From a virus (Duplodnaviria > Caudoviricetes): 57,480 nucleotides of DNA. The notes beneath the pieces are model-generated. The model saw only the letters and a program-made list of their open reading frames with translations, was not told the origin of the DNA and ran no database searches. Below are positions 25,114 to 34,808 of this stretch, piece by piece. Both the position numbers and the translations under genes were made by a program. The DNA is taken from positions 1 to 57,480 of the IMG/VR virus record IMGVR_UViG_3300046534_000186; one strand, written 5' to 3'. How positions within the stretch are numbered: the stretch's first letter is position 1; every line of letters starts with the position of its first letter.

Positions 25114-25369
25114 AGTAGAAGAAGCATTAGCAAAGTTGACTAATCGCTTTTACGATGTTGACATGTCAATAACCTTTGACATAGAGTCTAGCAGCATAGT
25201 TACTCTTTTTAGGGGAAAAGACAAAGCAACTGGGTTAAGTATGATATCTAGAAGACTTACACACACTACTGACGCTTATAAGCTAAGCATGGATATGGAG
25301 AAAGCAGCAAGAGATATGCTGGATATAGAGTCCCCAATAAAAGTAGACAAGGGCTTAGTGTATGTTTAA
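25106..25369 (+). CDS. Hypothetical protein (start revised from 25076)
   Basis: AGGAG RBS before ATG 25106. Confidence 0.65.
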   Translation: MFKVEEALAKLTNRFYDVDMSITFDIESSSIVTLFRGKDKATGLSMISRRLTHTTDAYKLSMDMEKAARDMLDIESPIKVDKGLVYV

Positions 25370-25556
25370 TAACATGATAAGGGCATTTGCAATCAATGCT
25401 AGGATAAAGGGTATGGAGACATGCAACCAAGAAAGGGTGTTAAATGGAAGCTCTATTGCTTACGAAAGTGAACATTTCTTTCAAGCGGAAGACGAACTTG
25501 TAGGATTGGCAGAGGCGGAAGAGAACAAAGATAATAGACTTAGACCTTATTACTAA
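25362..25556 (+). CDS. Hypothetical protein
   Basis: 64 aa, overlapping the upstream stop. Confidence 0.65.
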   Translation: MFNNMIRAFAINARIKGMETCNQERVLNGSSIAYESEHFFQAEDELVGLAEAEENKDNRLRPYY

Positions 25557-25575
25557 ACTAAACTAAGGAGGCAGT

Positions 25576-27417
25576 ATGATTCAACTTGATGGCGGCGTTA
25601 TATTGCCTGATGGAAAAGGTAAAGGGTTTGCCAAACCTGATGGGATTAGTCCTAACAAGTGGCAAACCATGAAACCTGAGATGTGGGAGAGGGCGTACTT
25701 ACATTGCCTGTATTCTCTACCAATACATTTCGACCTACCACTACACTCAGTAGTACCTCGGCTAGCCAAGAAAATGCTAGAAGCATCAGACCCTTTCAAT
25801 GTAGCCTTAAGGTTTATGGGAGAGATGGAGATAGCTGGCTATGTAGAGTTTGAGAGAGGTATGGATGAGAGAATAGTCCAACCAACTAAAAAGTTTCTAA
25901 GTCTGGATCTAGATTGTGAAAGAGCGCCTACCTCGGCCATAACCTTTCCTAAGATGATCGGGGAAGGAATACCTAGGTCGCCAATTAGAGGTGGGGTAAG
26001 GAGTGCTAAGAATGATGAGGTTGCTGACATAACTTCAGAGATTGCTAGCCAAGAGTTTGAAGTAAACCAGCACATGCTCGACCTAACAACTGAGTTCCCT
26101 CCTCAGTTTGATAAAACTTCTTCAGCTTATATGTATAAGAGAGCTATGAAGTCTTCTAAAACCTTAGGAAGCAGGAGGTTTAGATTTCCTTATTTCCTAG
26201 ATAGTAGATCAAGGACTTACACTGATACTACTTGCGGAATAACTCCTCAGGGAGCTGACCATGAGAAGGCTTTGGTAATACCTACCTACGCTGAGAAGCT
26301 TACACCTTCAGGATTGATAGCACTAATAGAAGCTGCTAATGGCTACTCCGAACTAGACTTTACTCAAGAAGACATGTGTAGGCATATCAATGATCCCAAA
26401 GGCTACCACCATGAATGGTCTAAGTCTGATAAGCCATACTCGTACCTTGCATGTGCAGCCCTCGTATACAGACACTCAAAAGATCCTAATGAGCCATTGC
26501 CAGCATTCAAACCTTTAGATGGTCGATGCTCAGGGCTACAACATTGGTCTGCTGTAGTTCGCTCAAACGCGATTACACGCCATCTGGGGATGCATATAGA
26601 TGAGGCTGACTTGGACATCTATGAGAAGGTTGCGGCTGACTGGAGAGAAACGCTTGAACCTGAGTGGCAGTATTTGGCTACTAGAAAAGCGGCCAAGATT
26701 CCTGTTATGACATGGGGATATAATGCTACTATGATGACTTCGATGGAGCATATAGGAAAACTATATGGGGCAAAGTCTAAATGGGATGATAATATCCAAG
26801 CGTATGTCACTGATGGTAAGGGACTAGAGAGGGGTGTCACGAGCAAGTTCGGGGCTCAGATATACAGACAGTTGCAAGATACTTTAGGCCCACTGCAAGG
26901 CGCTGTGAGCTGGGTGAGTGATTGTGCAGTACTAATATCTAAGATAGGTAATGTAGAAATACGATGGCCTACTCCTGATGGTTTTACCTGTATGCAACGT
27001 AAGGTCAAAGGAGAGACTAAAGATCTTGCTTGCACTCTATCAGATGACAGCAGGTTTCAATTAGACATACTAGACTTCTCCAAAGATACTCCCAACACTG
27101 GTAAGCACAGGTCAGCAATAGCACCTAACATAATCCATTCGCTAGACGCTACACATCTAAGGATGGTGGCTAGAAGGTTGAAGGAGTTAGGTTTGCCTAT
27201 GATATTTATACATGACTCATTCGCTACACATTGTAATCATGAACAAGCATTGTATGATATTATTGTTGATACCTTTATAGAACTGTACAGCATGGATTAC
27301 TTGCAAGACCTTAAGAAGTATTGGGAAGAACTATATGGGGTCGAGTTGGATGATCCTCCAGAGCTGGGCGAATGGAAGCCCGAATCTATAAGAGGTCTTA
27401 AGCGATTCTTTCTATGA
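25576..27417 (+). CDS. Single-subunit RNA polymerase 2 (T7 superfamily, 613 aa)
   Basis: FPYFLDSRSRTY..PQG, motif A DGRCSGLQH, motif B RKAAKIPVMTWGY, APNIIHSLDA, motif C IHDSF; AGGAGG RBS. Confidence 0.95.
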   Translation: MIQLDGGVILPDGKGKGFAKPDGISPNKWQTMKPEMWERAYLHCLYSLPIHFDLPLHSVVPRLAKKMLEASDPFNVALRFMGEMEIAGYVEFERGMDERIVQPTKKFLSLDLDCERAPTSAITFPKMIGEGIPRSPIRGGVRSAKNDEVADITSEIASQEFEVNQHMLDLTTEFPPQFDKTSSAYMYKRAMKSSKTLGSRRFRFPYFLDSRSRTYTDTTCGITPQGADHEKALVIPTYAEKLTPSGLIALIEAANGYSELDFTQEDMCRHINDPKGYHHEWSKSDKPYSYLACAALVYRHSKDPNEPLPAFKPLDGRCSGLQHWSAVVRSNAITRHLGMHIDEADLDIYEKVAADWRETLEPEWQYLATRKAAKIPVMTWGYNATMMTSMEHIGKLYGAKSKWDDNIQAYVTDGKGLERGVTSKFGAQIYRQLQDTLGPLQGAVSWVSDCAVLISKIGNVEIRWPTPDGFTCMQRKVKGETKDLACTLSDDSRFQLDILDFSKDTPNTGKHRSAIAPNIIHSLDATHLRMVARRLKELGLPMIFIHDSFATHCNHEQALYDIIVDTFIELYSMDYLQDLKKYWEELYGVELDDPPELGEWKPESIRGLKRFFL

Positions 27418-27440
27418 TATAAAAATACCCGCTAATGGTA

Positions 27441-27499
27441 AGGCTCTTTCTACTCCCGTTACTACCCCGCCTGATTAGGGAGAGGGAGTGGTAGAGCCT
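27441..27499 (+). promoter_or_regulatory. Long imperfect hairpin at the middle/late boundary
   Basis: AGGCTCT/AGAGCCT outer stem and TACTCCC/GGGAGTG inner stem. Confidence 0.4.
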
Positions 27500-27520
27500 A
27501 TTTATAACTAGGAGAACCTA

Positions 27521-27982
27521 ATGAATGATGTATTAGAAATATCAAATGAATTCGAGCTTATAGCTCATGCTATGGTTCAAACTCGTGGTGATCTTTCTAA
27601 GGCATCTAGGTTTGACAGTGTAGATTATAATGCTATGAGCTTAAGGGCTGTAGTAAAGAACAACCCTGAGATACGTGGACGTTATCATGAGTTACTTGCC
27701 GAAGAGATGCAAGAGAAAGGTCTACATATAGCAGAAAGAATACTAAATATGGCTACTCTACAAGAGCAAGCTATGGGTGGTAAGATTATGGTTACTAATG
27801 AAGCTGGTGAACAGGAAGAGATGGACATACCAGCAGATATTAAAACAGTAATAGAGTTATCAAAAGAGATATCTAGGCTCATAGCAGAGGGTAGAGGACA
27901 GCCGATGTCTGCCAAATCCACTATAGTATTAGCAAGCAAGGAAGACGCAAAAGATTTACTGGAGTCTTTCTTAAACTCATGA
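27521..27982 (+). CDS. Putative terminase small subunit
   Basis: Helical 153 aa protein overlapping the terL start. Confidence 0.55.
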   Translation: MNDVLEISNEFELIAHAMVQTRGDLSKASRFDSVDYNAMSLRAVVKNNPEIRGRYHELLAEEMQEKGLHIAERILNMATLQEQAMGGKIMVTNEAGEQEEMDIPADIKTVIELSKEISRLIAEGRGQPMSAKSTIVLASKEDAKDLLESFLNS

Positions 27983-29571
27983 GTAACATCAGTAAGATGA
28001 GTGACTATGAAGTTAATGCACTTAGAGATTACCTAAGTGGAGACTTTGAAGCTTTTAGTAAGTTCTGTTTTAAAATAATGACAGGACAGAAACTAATACA
28101 CGTAGATTACTACGTTGTACTTTTTGAAGCTATCCAGCAATTGATAGATCAAGAAACTACAAGAATGATTATTAACATACCACCCAGAGCTGGCAAGACA
28201 CTTTTAATAAGTATCTTCTTGCCGCTCTTTGCTTGGGTGAGAAACCCCTCAGGACAAACCATCCTGACTGGTTTTAACTCAGACGTACTAGCGGAATGCT
28301 CAGGTTACATAAGAACAATAATGAGTGATGATGATTTCCGCAAAGTCTTTCCAGATGTTGTAATTGATAACAATAAGAAATCTGTTGAGAGACTTGGTAC
28401 AATGAGTGCAGGAGTGCTTCACGCTATACCTACTACTGGTAAAATGACTGGTAAAGGGTGTGGAGCACTTGTGGAAGGGTTTGCGGGTATTATGGCTATT
28501 GATGATGTTATTAAGCCTGATGATGCTAACTCTCCAACTGAAAGGGATAAGATCAATAACCGTTTTAGTAACACACTGTTATCTAGGTTAGCTACAGAAA
28601 CTACGCCACTGGCTATTATAATGCAAAGATTGCATAACAATGACCTATGCGGATTTCTTATGAGGGGTGGAAGCTCTGATACTTATAAATGGCTTAACAT
28701 ACCTGGCATAGTCACTAAGGAGACAGGTAGTAAAGAATGGTATGACAAACAGGTAAAGGACTATGGGTACACTAATGTAGAACCTATGTTGTACTCACTA
28801 CCTGAGTCAGAGACTAGGGAGTATGTAGAGCGAGAGTTTGAAGGTAAGATGCAGAGTGTATCAAGCTTTTGGAGCATTCGTAAAACAGTAGACACTTTAC
28901 TAGGATTGTGTGAGAAAGATTCATACACCTTCTATTCTCAATACATGGGAAGACCTGTTGGCAAAGGCAAATCTCCAATGAGTTCTGAGTATATAAGAAC
29001 CTATGAAGATATAGATGAATTCCGTATTCGCTACACTTTCATGACTGCTGACACAGCATCAACAAAACAATCATACTCTGACCCGACTGTAGCTTGTCTA
29101 TGGGGCATGACTAGGTGTAGTAAGTTAGTACTAATGGATGTAGTTATAGATAAGTGGGAGACTCCTGAGTTAGTAATAGCAATGCGTAAGTTCTGGGTTG
29201 ACCATAATGTGTTTAATCCAAACAGACCAACATGGAAGCCAAGAGGCTTCTACATGGAAGATAAGTCAAGTGGCTTATTTTTAAACCAACAGTTCTTAAA
29301 AGATGGTACTGTCAGAGTTAAGCCTGTGCCTAGAGATGGTACTCCTAATAATGACAAGTTCTCTCGGTTCTTAAACTCAGTTCCTTACTTTAAAGCAGGA
29401 AGAATTGTGCTACCTAAGAATCATGAACATACACCTTACATGACTAGAGAACTTCTAGGCCAATCAGAATTAGGGTCATCCACTGGACATGACGATGTAG
29501 CTGACAATGTAGCTGATGCGGTAGTAGTAGCATTTTCTCACGGCTCTATGCCCTATGAAGACTGGTCTTAA
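27979..29571 (+). CDS. terL: Terminase large subunit
   Basis: IINIPPRAGKT Walker A, IDD, IIMQRLHxxD, nuclease DTA...D, EDKSSG, HDDVAD. Confidence 0.95.
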   Translation: MSNISKMSDYEVNALRDYLSGDFEAFSKFCFKIMTGQKLIHVDYYVVLFEAIQQLIDQETTRMIINIPPRAGKTLLISIFLPLFAWVRNPSGQTILTGFNSDVLAECSGYIRTIMSDDDFRKVFPDVVIDNNKKSVERLGTMSAGVLHAIPTTGKMTGKGCGALVEGFAGIMAIDDVIKPDDANSPTERDKINNRFSNTLLSRLATETTPLAIIMQRLHNNDLCGFLMRGGSSDTYKWLNIPGIVTKETGSKEWYDKQVKDYGYTNVEPMLYSLPESETREYVEREFEGKMQSVSSFWSIRKTVDTLLGLCEKDSYTFYSQYMGRPVGKGKSPMSSEYIRTYEDIDEFRIRYTFMTADTASTKQSYSDPTVACLWGMTRCSKLVLMDVVIDKWETPELVIAMRKFWVDHNVFNPNRPTWKPRGFYMEDKSSGLFLNQQFLKDGTVRVKPVPRDGTPNNDKFSRFLNSVPYFKAGRIVLPKNHEHTPYMTRELLGQSELGSSTGHDDVADNVADAVVVAFSHGSMPYEDWS

Positions 29572-29586
29572 TTCGGGAGATATATA

Positions 29587-29766
29587 ATGAGTTTGAAAAC
29601 TCGGTTAGATGGTCGGTCAGAAGGTAATGATCGATTTGAAATAATAGATGAAGAGGGTAATGTTCTAGCTGAAATTAAGTTACTTAACCCTTTTGGTGTA
29701 ACACTAGACATATCTACTGGGGATGGATTATGCATCAAAAAGCCTAGTGGATGGAGTTCTAAGTAG
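29587..29766 (+). CDS. Small hypothetical protein (59 aa), not in track
   Basis: GGGAG RBS; MSLKTRLDGRSEGNDRFEII...GWSSK*; stop overlaps the next GTG. Confidence 0.7.
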   Translation: MSLKTRLDGRSEGNDRFEIIDEEGNVLAEIKLLNPFGVTLDISTGDGLCIKKPSGWSSK

Positions 29767-30311
29767 TGGCACAAGAAGTTTTTAACTTAGGTACTTTAGA
29801 TGCTGTAACAAATACTATTATTCCAGGGTCAGGAGATAACGCTCCTACACTTGGAGCAAAGCTTAATGCAAACTTTGATGAGTTGTATGGAATATCTTTT
29901 TCAGTAGCCTTATCAATAGGCTCTTTAGATTTAGAGTCAGGTACTAATTCAAGTAGTATAGCTAACTTAAATAGTTCAGTATCTTCTTTGGAAGTGGCTG
30001 TAAGTACTAACGCTACTAACTTAGGTAGCTTAACCACTTTAGTAGAACTACTAGAGGTAAGCTCTAGCACTAACGCTACTAACTTAGGTAGTTTAACTAC
30101 TTTAGTAGGATCATTAGGAATAGACTCTAGCACTAACACTACTAACTTAAGTAATTTAACTACTTCAGTAGGTGCTATAGGCGAAGAAGTTAGTGAAAAC
30201 TCTACTAGTATATTAAGTCTTGCCTCCTCAGTAAGTATTATAAATACAGCCGCACGACTAATTCAAACCCAAGCAACTATGGGTAAGATAATAAAAAGAG
30301 GATATACATAA
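29766..30311 (+). CDS. Putative virion fibre/whisker protein
   Basis: N-terminal GT..GD...KLNANFDELY attachment-type motif followed by 21-aa coiled-coil repeats (STNATNLGSLTTLV). Confidence 0.6.
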   Translation: MAQEVFNLGTLDAVTNTIIPGSGDNAPTLGAKLNANFDELYGISFSVALSIGSLDLESGTNSSSIANLNSSVSSLEVAVSTNATNLGSLTTLVELLEVSSSTNATNLGSLTTLVGSLGIDSSTNTTNLSNLTTSVGAIGEEVSENSTSILSLASSVSIINTAARLIQTQATMGKIIKRGYT

Positions 30312-30533
30312 ATGACAGCAGTTTTAGAGGGTGCAGTTAATGATCTAACTACGCAAACCACAAACTTAATTGAGGTGTGTTCTACTATAAAAAATGACGT
30401 TGCAGCAGACATAGCTAGTGCTGTTGTTGCGTCTGAAAATGCAGCGCTAATACCTCTGGCAAATTCAGTCACCAATTCAATTACAATTGGGACTATACTT
30501 ATTAACGTACTAAGCACTATGGTAGATAACTAA
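30312..30533 (+). CDS. Hypothetical (virion accessory) protein
   Basis: Helical 73 aa, in operon. Confidence 0.65.
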   Translation: MTAVLEGAVNDLTTQTTNLIEVCSTIKNDVAADIASAVVASENAALIPLANSVTNSITIGTILINVLSTMVDN

Positions 30534-30534
30534 T

Positions 30535-31167
30535 ATGTCCCTAGAAACAGATGCCTTAGATTCGGCAGCAACAGCAGCGACTAACCAAACAGTTGCTGCA
30601 AATAATTTAAAAAATGCGATAGACTTATTAGTTACTGCCTACGCAAGTACAAAAAGCATAGTAGATAATAACCTAAACAATGTAAATAACACTACAGATG
30701 CTAACAAAGAGCTAAGTCTTGCATCAATAGCAGCACTACTACAAAAGCAAGCAATATTGGTCTCTGGTGATAACATAAGTACAGTAAATGGGTTGTCGTT
30801 ATTAAGTGGAGATGCTTTAGTTATAGCTAGAGGTCAGGTAGAGATACCGATGTTAAGTTACGATAACAGGGCAGACTTAAGGACTCCAGTGCTCCCTGAA
30901 CCTCTCACAGGAGATGTTGTAAATATTCCAGGCTTAGGGCTTTTCCAATACTCAGAGACTTTTGATTACAGGGAAGATGACGAAACAGTATTTGAAGCAG
31001 TAAGTCAGTCAGATGGTATTACACCAATAGGACAGTGGGTTATGTCGGTGCCATCCTACGAGTTTAGTAAAATTCAGGATATGTTTGAAATGGCTGTTTT
31101 GGATGAGTTCATAGAAGATCAACTGGAAGAGCATAAAGAGCATGGCCACGACCACTACAACTTGTAA
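30535..31167 (+). CDS. Putative fibre-associated virion protein
   Basis: LxNVxNTxDANK and KQ..LVSGxNIxTVNGxSLL motifs typical of phage fibre proteins. Confidence 0.6.
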   Translation: MSLETDALDSAATAATNQTVAANNLKNAIDLLVTAYASTKSIVDNNLNNVNNTTDANKELSLASIAALLQKQAILVSGDNISTVNGLSLLSGDALVIARGQVEIPMLSYDNRADLRTPVLPEPLTGDVVNIPGLGLFQYSETFDYREDDETVFEAVSQSDGITPIGQWVMSVPSYEFSKIQDMFEMAVLDEFIEDQLEEHKEHGHDHYNL

Positions 31168-31210
31168 TCTTAGCCTTGAGCCAAACTACAAGTAAATTAA
31201 AGGAAATATT

Positions 31211-32662
31211 ATGGGATTATTTAGGGCAGTAAATTTATTACAATCAGTTGAAGGTGGGTATACTACAGGAAGCCAATTAGAGTCTATACTAAGCTCATCA
31301 CCAGCAAGAGAGGCTGAGTTTGGTACTCTGTTAAGTACTAGGCATAACTCAAGAAGAATGGCAGGTAATAGCCTTACTATGAATGCTGTTAGTGAAAGTG
31401 CTATAGCTATTAAAGTAGTCTTTGAAAAGACAACTTCATTTAATTACAGACCAATTGAAGCAATTGCAAAACACCAAGTAGCAATGATAAGCACTAGTAC
31501 ACACTTAGAATCACTAGAGAAAGTAATAGATAATGACGTAGCTTGGTCTTTGTACAATAGCTCTAGCTACTACGAGACCAACCAGATAAATGTTCTGTGT
31601 ACGTTGATAGGGCTAGACCCTATTAACTATGCAACTATAGCTTCCTTGATTCAGGATTCATCAGCTATGGGAGACATATCTACTAATGTAAGAGCAATGA
31701 AGGCATTAGTAGTGAGTAGTACAGCTATGAGTGTTGTAGTGATAACGTCAGCGGCTATGAATGATATTGCTTCCGACATAAATGCTATGAATATTGTTGC
31801 AAACAATGATGATGCTGTAAAGCTAATTGCAAACTCTCAAACAGCTTTAAATGCTATTACACCAGAAGCAAGGACAATAGTGTTAGGAATCCCGTCTGCT
31901 TTAGCTATACTGGCTAATAATAGTGGTGCTTGGGAATTTATACTAAGCACCTCTACCACACTAGATACTACTATCTACCCACTACTAATATCTCTTGCTT
32001 CACTTGACTCAGATACTTACCCAACTGTGCATGATATATTTGCTGATACTACTGCTAGTTTTGCAGTTGCAAACAGTAAGCCTGCTATGATGGCGATAGT
32101 TTCAGAAGCTGATTCAGTAAAATATACTGGTCAGTCAGTAATGGATAAAATAATCTTAAGTGATAACCTATCCACTGTGTTAGGATCATTGGTAGCTATA
32201 ACAGAACTAATACCTGACGAGGGTATTATGGGATCTTTGATAACCAATACTCAAGCCTTTCCAATACTACTAACTAGCTCAGACGCGAAAGCAGCTATAT
32301 TTACGTCACCGACATTATTTGGTGTTATGATGGGTGATAGTGCTAGTCTTGCGTCTATACAGTCTACTTCACAGTCTGCAACAGTAGTTAATGATGCGCT
32401 TCAGGGTGTGTACAAGACAGTAGGAGTGCCAGGAAATATTATCATCTTGACAGCAGTTATGGGATCAATTGTTGCAACCACTTTGGTTAACAGATTTCAA
32501 GGTGACACACAAGCTATTTCTGAGTTTGATATTCCGGGTACAAGCTTATCGTCAGGCCCAATAGATGTAAACCTACCGTTTACAAATGCTACATGGGATA
32601 TCCTTTCTATAGCAGCTACAGCAGCAGGAAATGTAACCATCACTTACGTAGACTTTAATTAG
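31211..32662 (+). CDS. Ala/Ser-rich helical-repeat protein, probably virion-associated
   Basis: Repeated S..AM...A motifs and an internal duplication. Confidence 0.6.
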   Translation: MGLFRAVNLLQSVEGGYTTGSQLESILSSSPAREAEFGTLLSTRHNSRRMAGNSLTMNAVSESAIAIKVVFEKTTSFNYRPIEAIAKHQVAMISTSTHLESLEKVIDNDVAWSLYNSSSYYETNQINVLCTLIGLDPINYATIASLIQDSSAMGDISTNVRAMKALVVSSTAMSVVVITSAAMNDIASDINAMNIVANNDDAVKLIANSQTALNAITPEARTIVLGIPSALAILANNSGAWEFILSTSTTLDTTIYPLLISLASLDSDTYPTVHDIFADTTASFAVANSKPAMMAIVSEADSVKYTGQSVMDKIILSDNLSTVLGSLVAITELIPDEGIMGSLITNTQAFPILLTSSDAKAAIFTSPTLFGVMMGDSASLASIQSTSQSATVVNDALQGVYKTVGVPGNIIILTAVMGSIVATTLVNRFQGDTQAISEFDIPGTSLSSGPIDVNLPFTNATWDILSIAATAAGNVTITYVDFN

Positions 32663-32701
32663 TACTAAATAGGTGTAGGGACATAGCTAGAGGTAACTTA
32701 C

Positions 32702-33049
32702 ATGCATACATGTACACCTATTACGCTAGACAACGTCGATATTACGCTAGACAACCCAATATTTACATTAGATTTAATAGGATGTTGGGAAGACTATATA
32801 GAAGTAGAAGAAAGGTTAGTAACTGATGTAGTCTGCAACTTACATGTTGCAGACTCAACTTACGGAATAACTATAGTTATGGATAAGAATGTAAACTATT
32901 GCTTACTTATGGATGATAGCTTTAACTTGGCATTACCTATGGAGGTTATACCAAAGTACTCACTAGAGTTTAGTGACATACTTTATGGTATTACTATGAT
33001 CGTAGAGGACACGTTTAACTATCCTGTAATACTACTTGAGTGTGGTTAG
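32702..33049 (+). CDS. Hypothetical acidic protein
   Basis: GAGG RBS; internal repeats ITLDN x2 and YGIT(I/M)(V/I) x2. Confidence 0.65.
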   Translation: MHTCTPITLDNVDITLDNPIFTLDLIGCWEDYIEVEERLVTDVVCNLHVADSTYGITIVMDKNVNYCLLMDDSFNLALPMEVIPKYSLEFSDILYGITMIVEDTFNYPVILLECG

Positions 33050-33073
33050 GCAACTAAAATTATAGGAAAAATA

Positions 33074-33457
33074 ATGAACTGGATTTTTGATAATAGCTAT
33101 GATAGTTTTTCCTTAGACATAGGAAGCTACATAGTAAACAGGGGCATCTTGCTAGATGACATAACTGAAGCAGTTTTTATGGTAAAAGTAAACGAAGCAG
33201 ATGCAGACGCAGATGCTAGAGCGACCTTGACACTAGGCTTAGGACTTACCAAGGTAGCAGGTGCAACAGGCTTCGAAGAAGCTGGAGCTAAGATAGTTGC
33301 TGGATTTTATGCAACACATTTTGACCATGACCATATGGAAGTAGGCGTTAAATACTATATGGGTCTAGGAATTAAGACTGCTTCAATGACAAAGTTTTTA
33401 GAGATAAAGCCTGTAAACAATAGGCTTATGATCCTAAATGATTTCATACACGATTAA
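33074..33457 (+). CDS. Hypothetical (virion) protein
   Basis: AGGA RBS, 127 aa. Confidence 0.7.
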   Translation: MNWIFDNSYDSFSLDIGSYIVNRGILLDDITEAVFMVKVNEADADADARATLTLGLGLTKVAGATGFEEAGAKIVAGFYATHFDHDHMEVGVKYYMGLGIKTASMTKFLEIKPVNNRLMILNDFIHD

Positions 33458-33473
33458 CTAAAGAGAGGCAAAG

Positions 33474-34808
33474 ATGGCAGATGATAATAGCCAATCCGTG
33501 ACTAGAATTAAAAAGTCTCGGAACAACCCTCATAGTCTTTACGATGGTCTATCCAACCTAGCTACAGGACTAGGAGGTGCTAAAGATAAATCAACATTTA
33601 ATAGGTGGGATCATTCAGGTGCCAACTATGACCATGTTGCTTTGTCTGTACGGTATAGGGAAGATTGGTTGAGCCAAAAGGTCTGCCAGATTGTACCTCA
33701 AGATATGACAAGAGAGTGGAGAAACTTTGAATCAGATGAGGCTAAAGAAGCTGATGAGGATTTTGAAGTTGCAAAACTGTTTCGTGAAGCCTACAAATGG
33801 GCAAGGTTGTATGGTACATCATTTATTATATTAGATATTGATGATGGACGTACAACAGACAAGCCAGTAAATTGGAAAAACCTAAAGCTAGGATGTATAC
33901 GATCAATGCATGTAGTTGATAGGACTCGTATAGTAGCTACAGGTGACATTGACCAAAAACCAATGAGTGTTACTTTTGGGATGCCTGACCACTATCAATT
34001 TGTACAAAGCCCAACTCCTATTCATAAAGATAGGCTTATACGTTTTGAAGGTACAGAGCTACCTGTGTATGAAAGACAAAGAAATTTGTGGTATAGTGAT
34101 AGTATACTTATACCTTTACTAAAACAGATCGACAACTTTCATACTACTAGTTTTGCTGCGGCCCAGATGGTGCAGGAAGCTAATATTGACATTATTAAAG
34201 TAGATGGTTTAGCTAACATACTTGAGTCTGACCAAGGCACTTCGGCCATGATCCAAAGGTTTTCTGATTGGAAGTCTATCAAGTCAGTGTTCGGTGTATC
34301 TATACTTGATAGTACTGAAGAGTACGACCAAAAGACTGTTCAGCTCTCTGGAGTTAAAGACCTTATTTGGGAGTACTTAAAGATGGTGTCTGCTTCTGTC
34401 TCAATACCTGCTACTCGTTTTCTTAGTGCATCACCTGACGGTATGAACGCTACTGGAGAATCTGACCTAGTAAACTACATTGAGACATTACAGGGACTAC
34501 ATAAGGATATATTTGTACCAAGGCTTAAGATTATAGATACCTTACTAGCTGCACATTATGGGTTAGAAGAAGAGAAACTTAAGTATAGTTGGGGATGTAT
34601 CTTTCCAGAGTCTGCTGGACAAAAAGCTGTTCGTGAGAAAGATCATGGAGAGTTTATATGTAGGCTAGTTGAATCAGGTGTCTTAGACACTGAATCTGCC
34701 CTAGCTGAAATGCAAACTAAGGGAGGCATAAGTAAAGATGCTAAAACTGGGATTAACCCAAATGAAGTCAAATTAAAATCAGGAGACAAGAATGTTAAAA
34801 GCACATAA
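33474..34808 (+). CDS. Portal protein (DUF1073-like)
   Basis: DGLxN..TGLG..KDK, WARLYG, IHxDR, IPATR..ASPDGMNATGESD..NY; position before protease and capsid. Confidence 0.88.
   Translation: MADDNSQSVTRIKKSRNNPHSLYDGLSNLATGLGGAKDKSTFNRWDHSGANYDHVALSVRYREDWLSQKVCQIVPQDMTREWRNFESDEAKEADEDFEVAKLFREAYKWARLYGTSFIILDIDDGRTTDKPVNWKNLKLGCIRSMHVVDRTRIVATGDIDQKPMSVTFGMPDHYQFVQSPTPIHKDRLIRFEGTELPVYERQRNLWYSDSILIPLLKQIDNFHTTSFAAAQMVQEANIDIIKVDGLANILESDQGTSAMIQRFSDWKSIKSVFGVSILDSTEEYDQKTVQLSGVKDLIWEYLKMVSASVSIPATRFLSASPDGMNATGESDLVNYIETLQGLHKDIFVPRLKIIDTLLAAHYGLEEEKLKYSWGCIFPESAGQKAVREKDHGEFICRLVESGVLDTESALAEMQTKGGISKDAKTGINPNEVKLKSGDKNVKST

Noticed and set aside
25576-27417. N4-type split RNAP II, or a duplicate/pseudogene of RNAP1
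   Set aside because: Each RNAP has its own motifs A, B and C in an intact frame, they are highly divergent, and there is no giant virion RNAP
14569-29571. Introns or inteins in the DNA polymerase, nrdA, nrdB or terL
   Set aside because: All are uninterrupted, of ordinary length, and lack intein splice motifs
33474-34808. Anti-CBASS Acb1 label sometimes attached to DUF1073-like proteins
   Set aside because: Size, motifs and position indicate a plain portal; no appended 2H-phosphoesterase (HxT x2) domain seen
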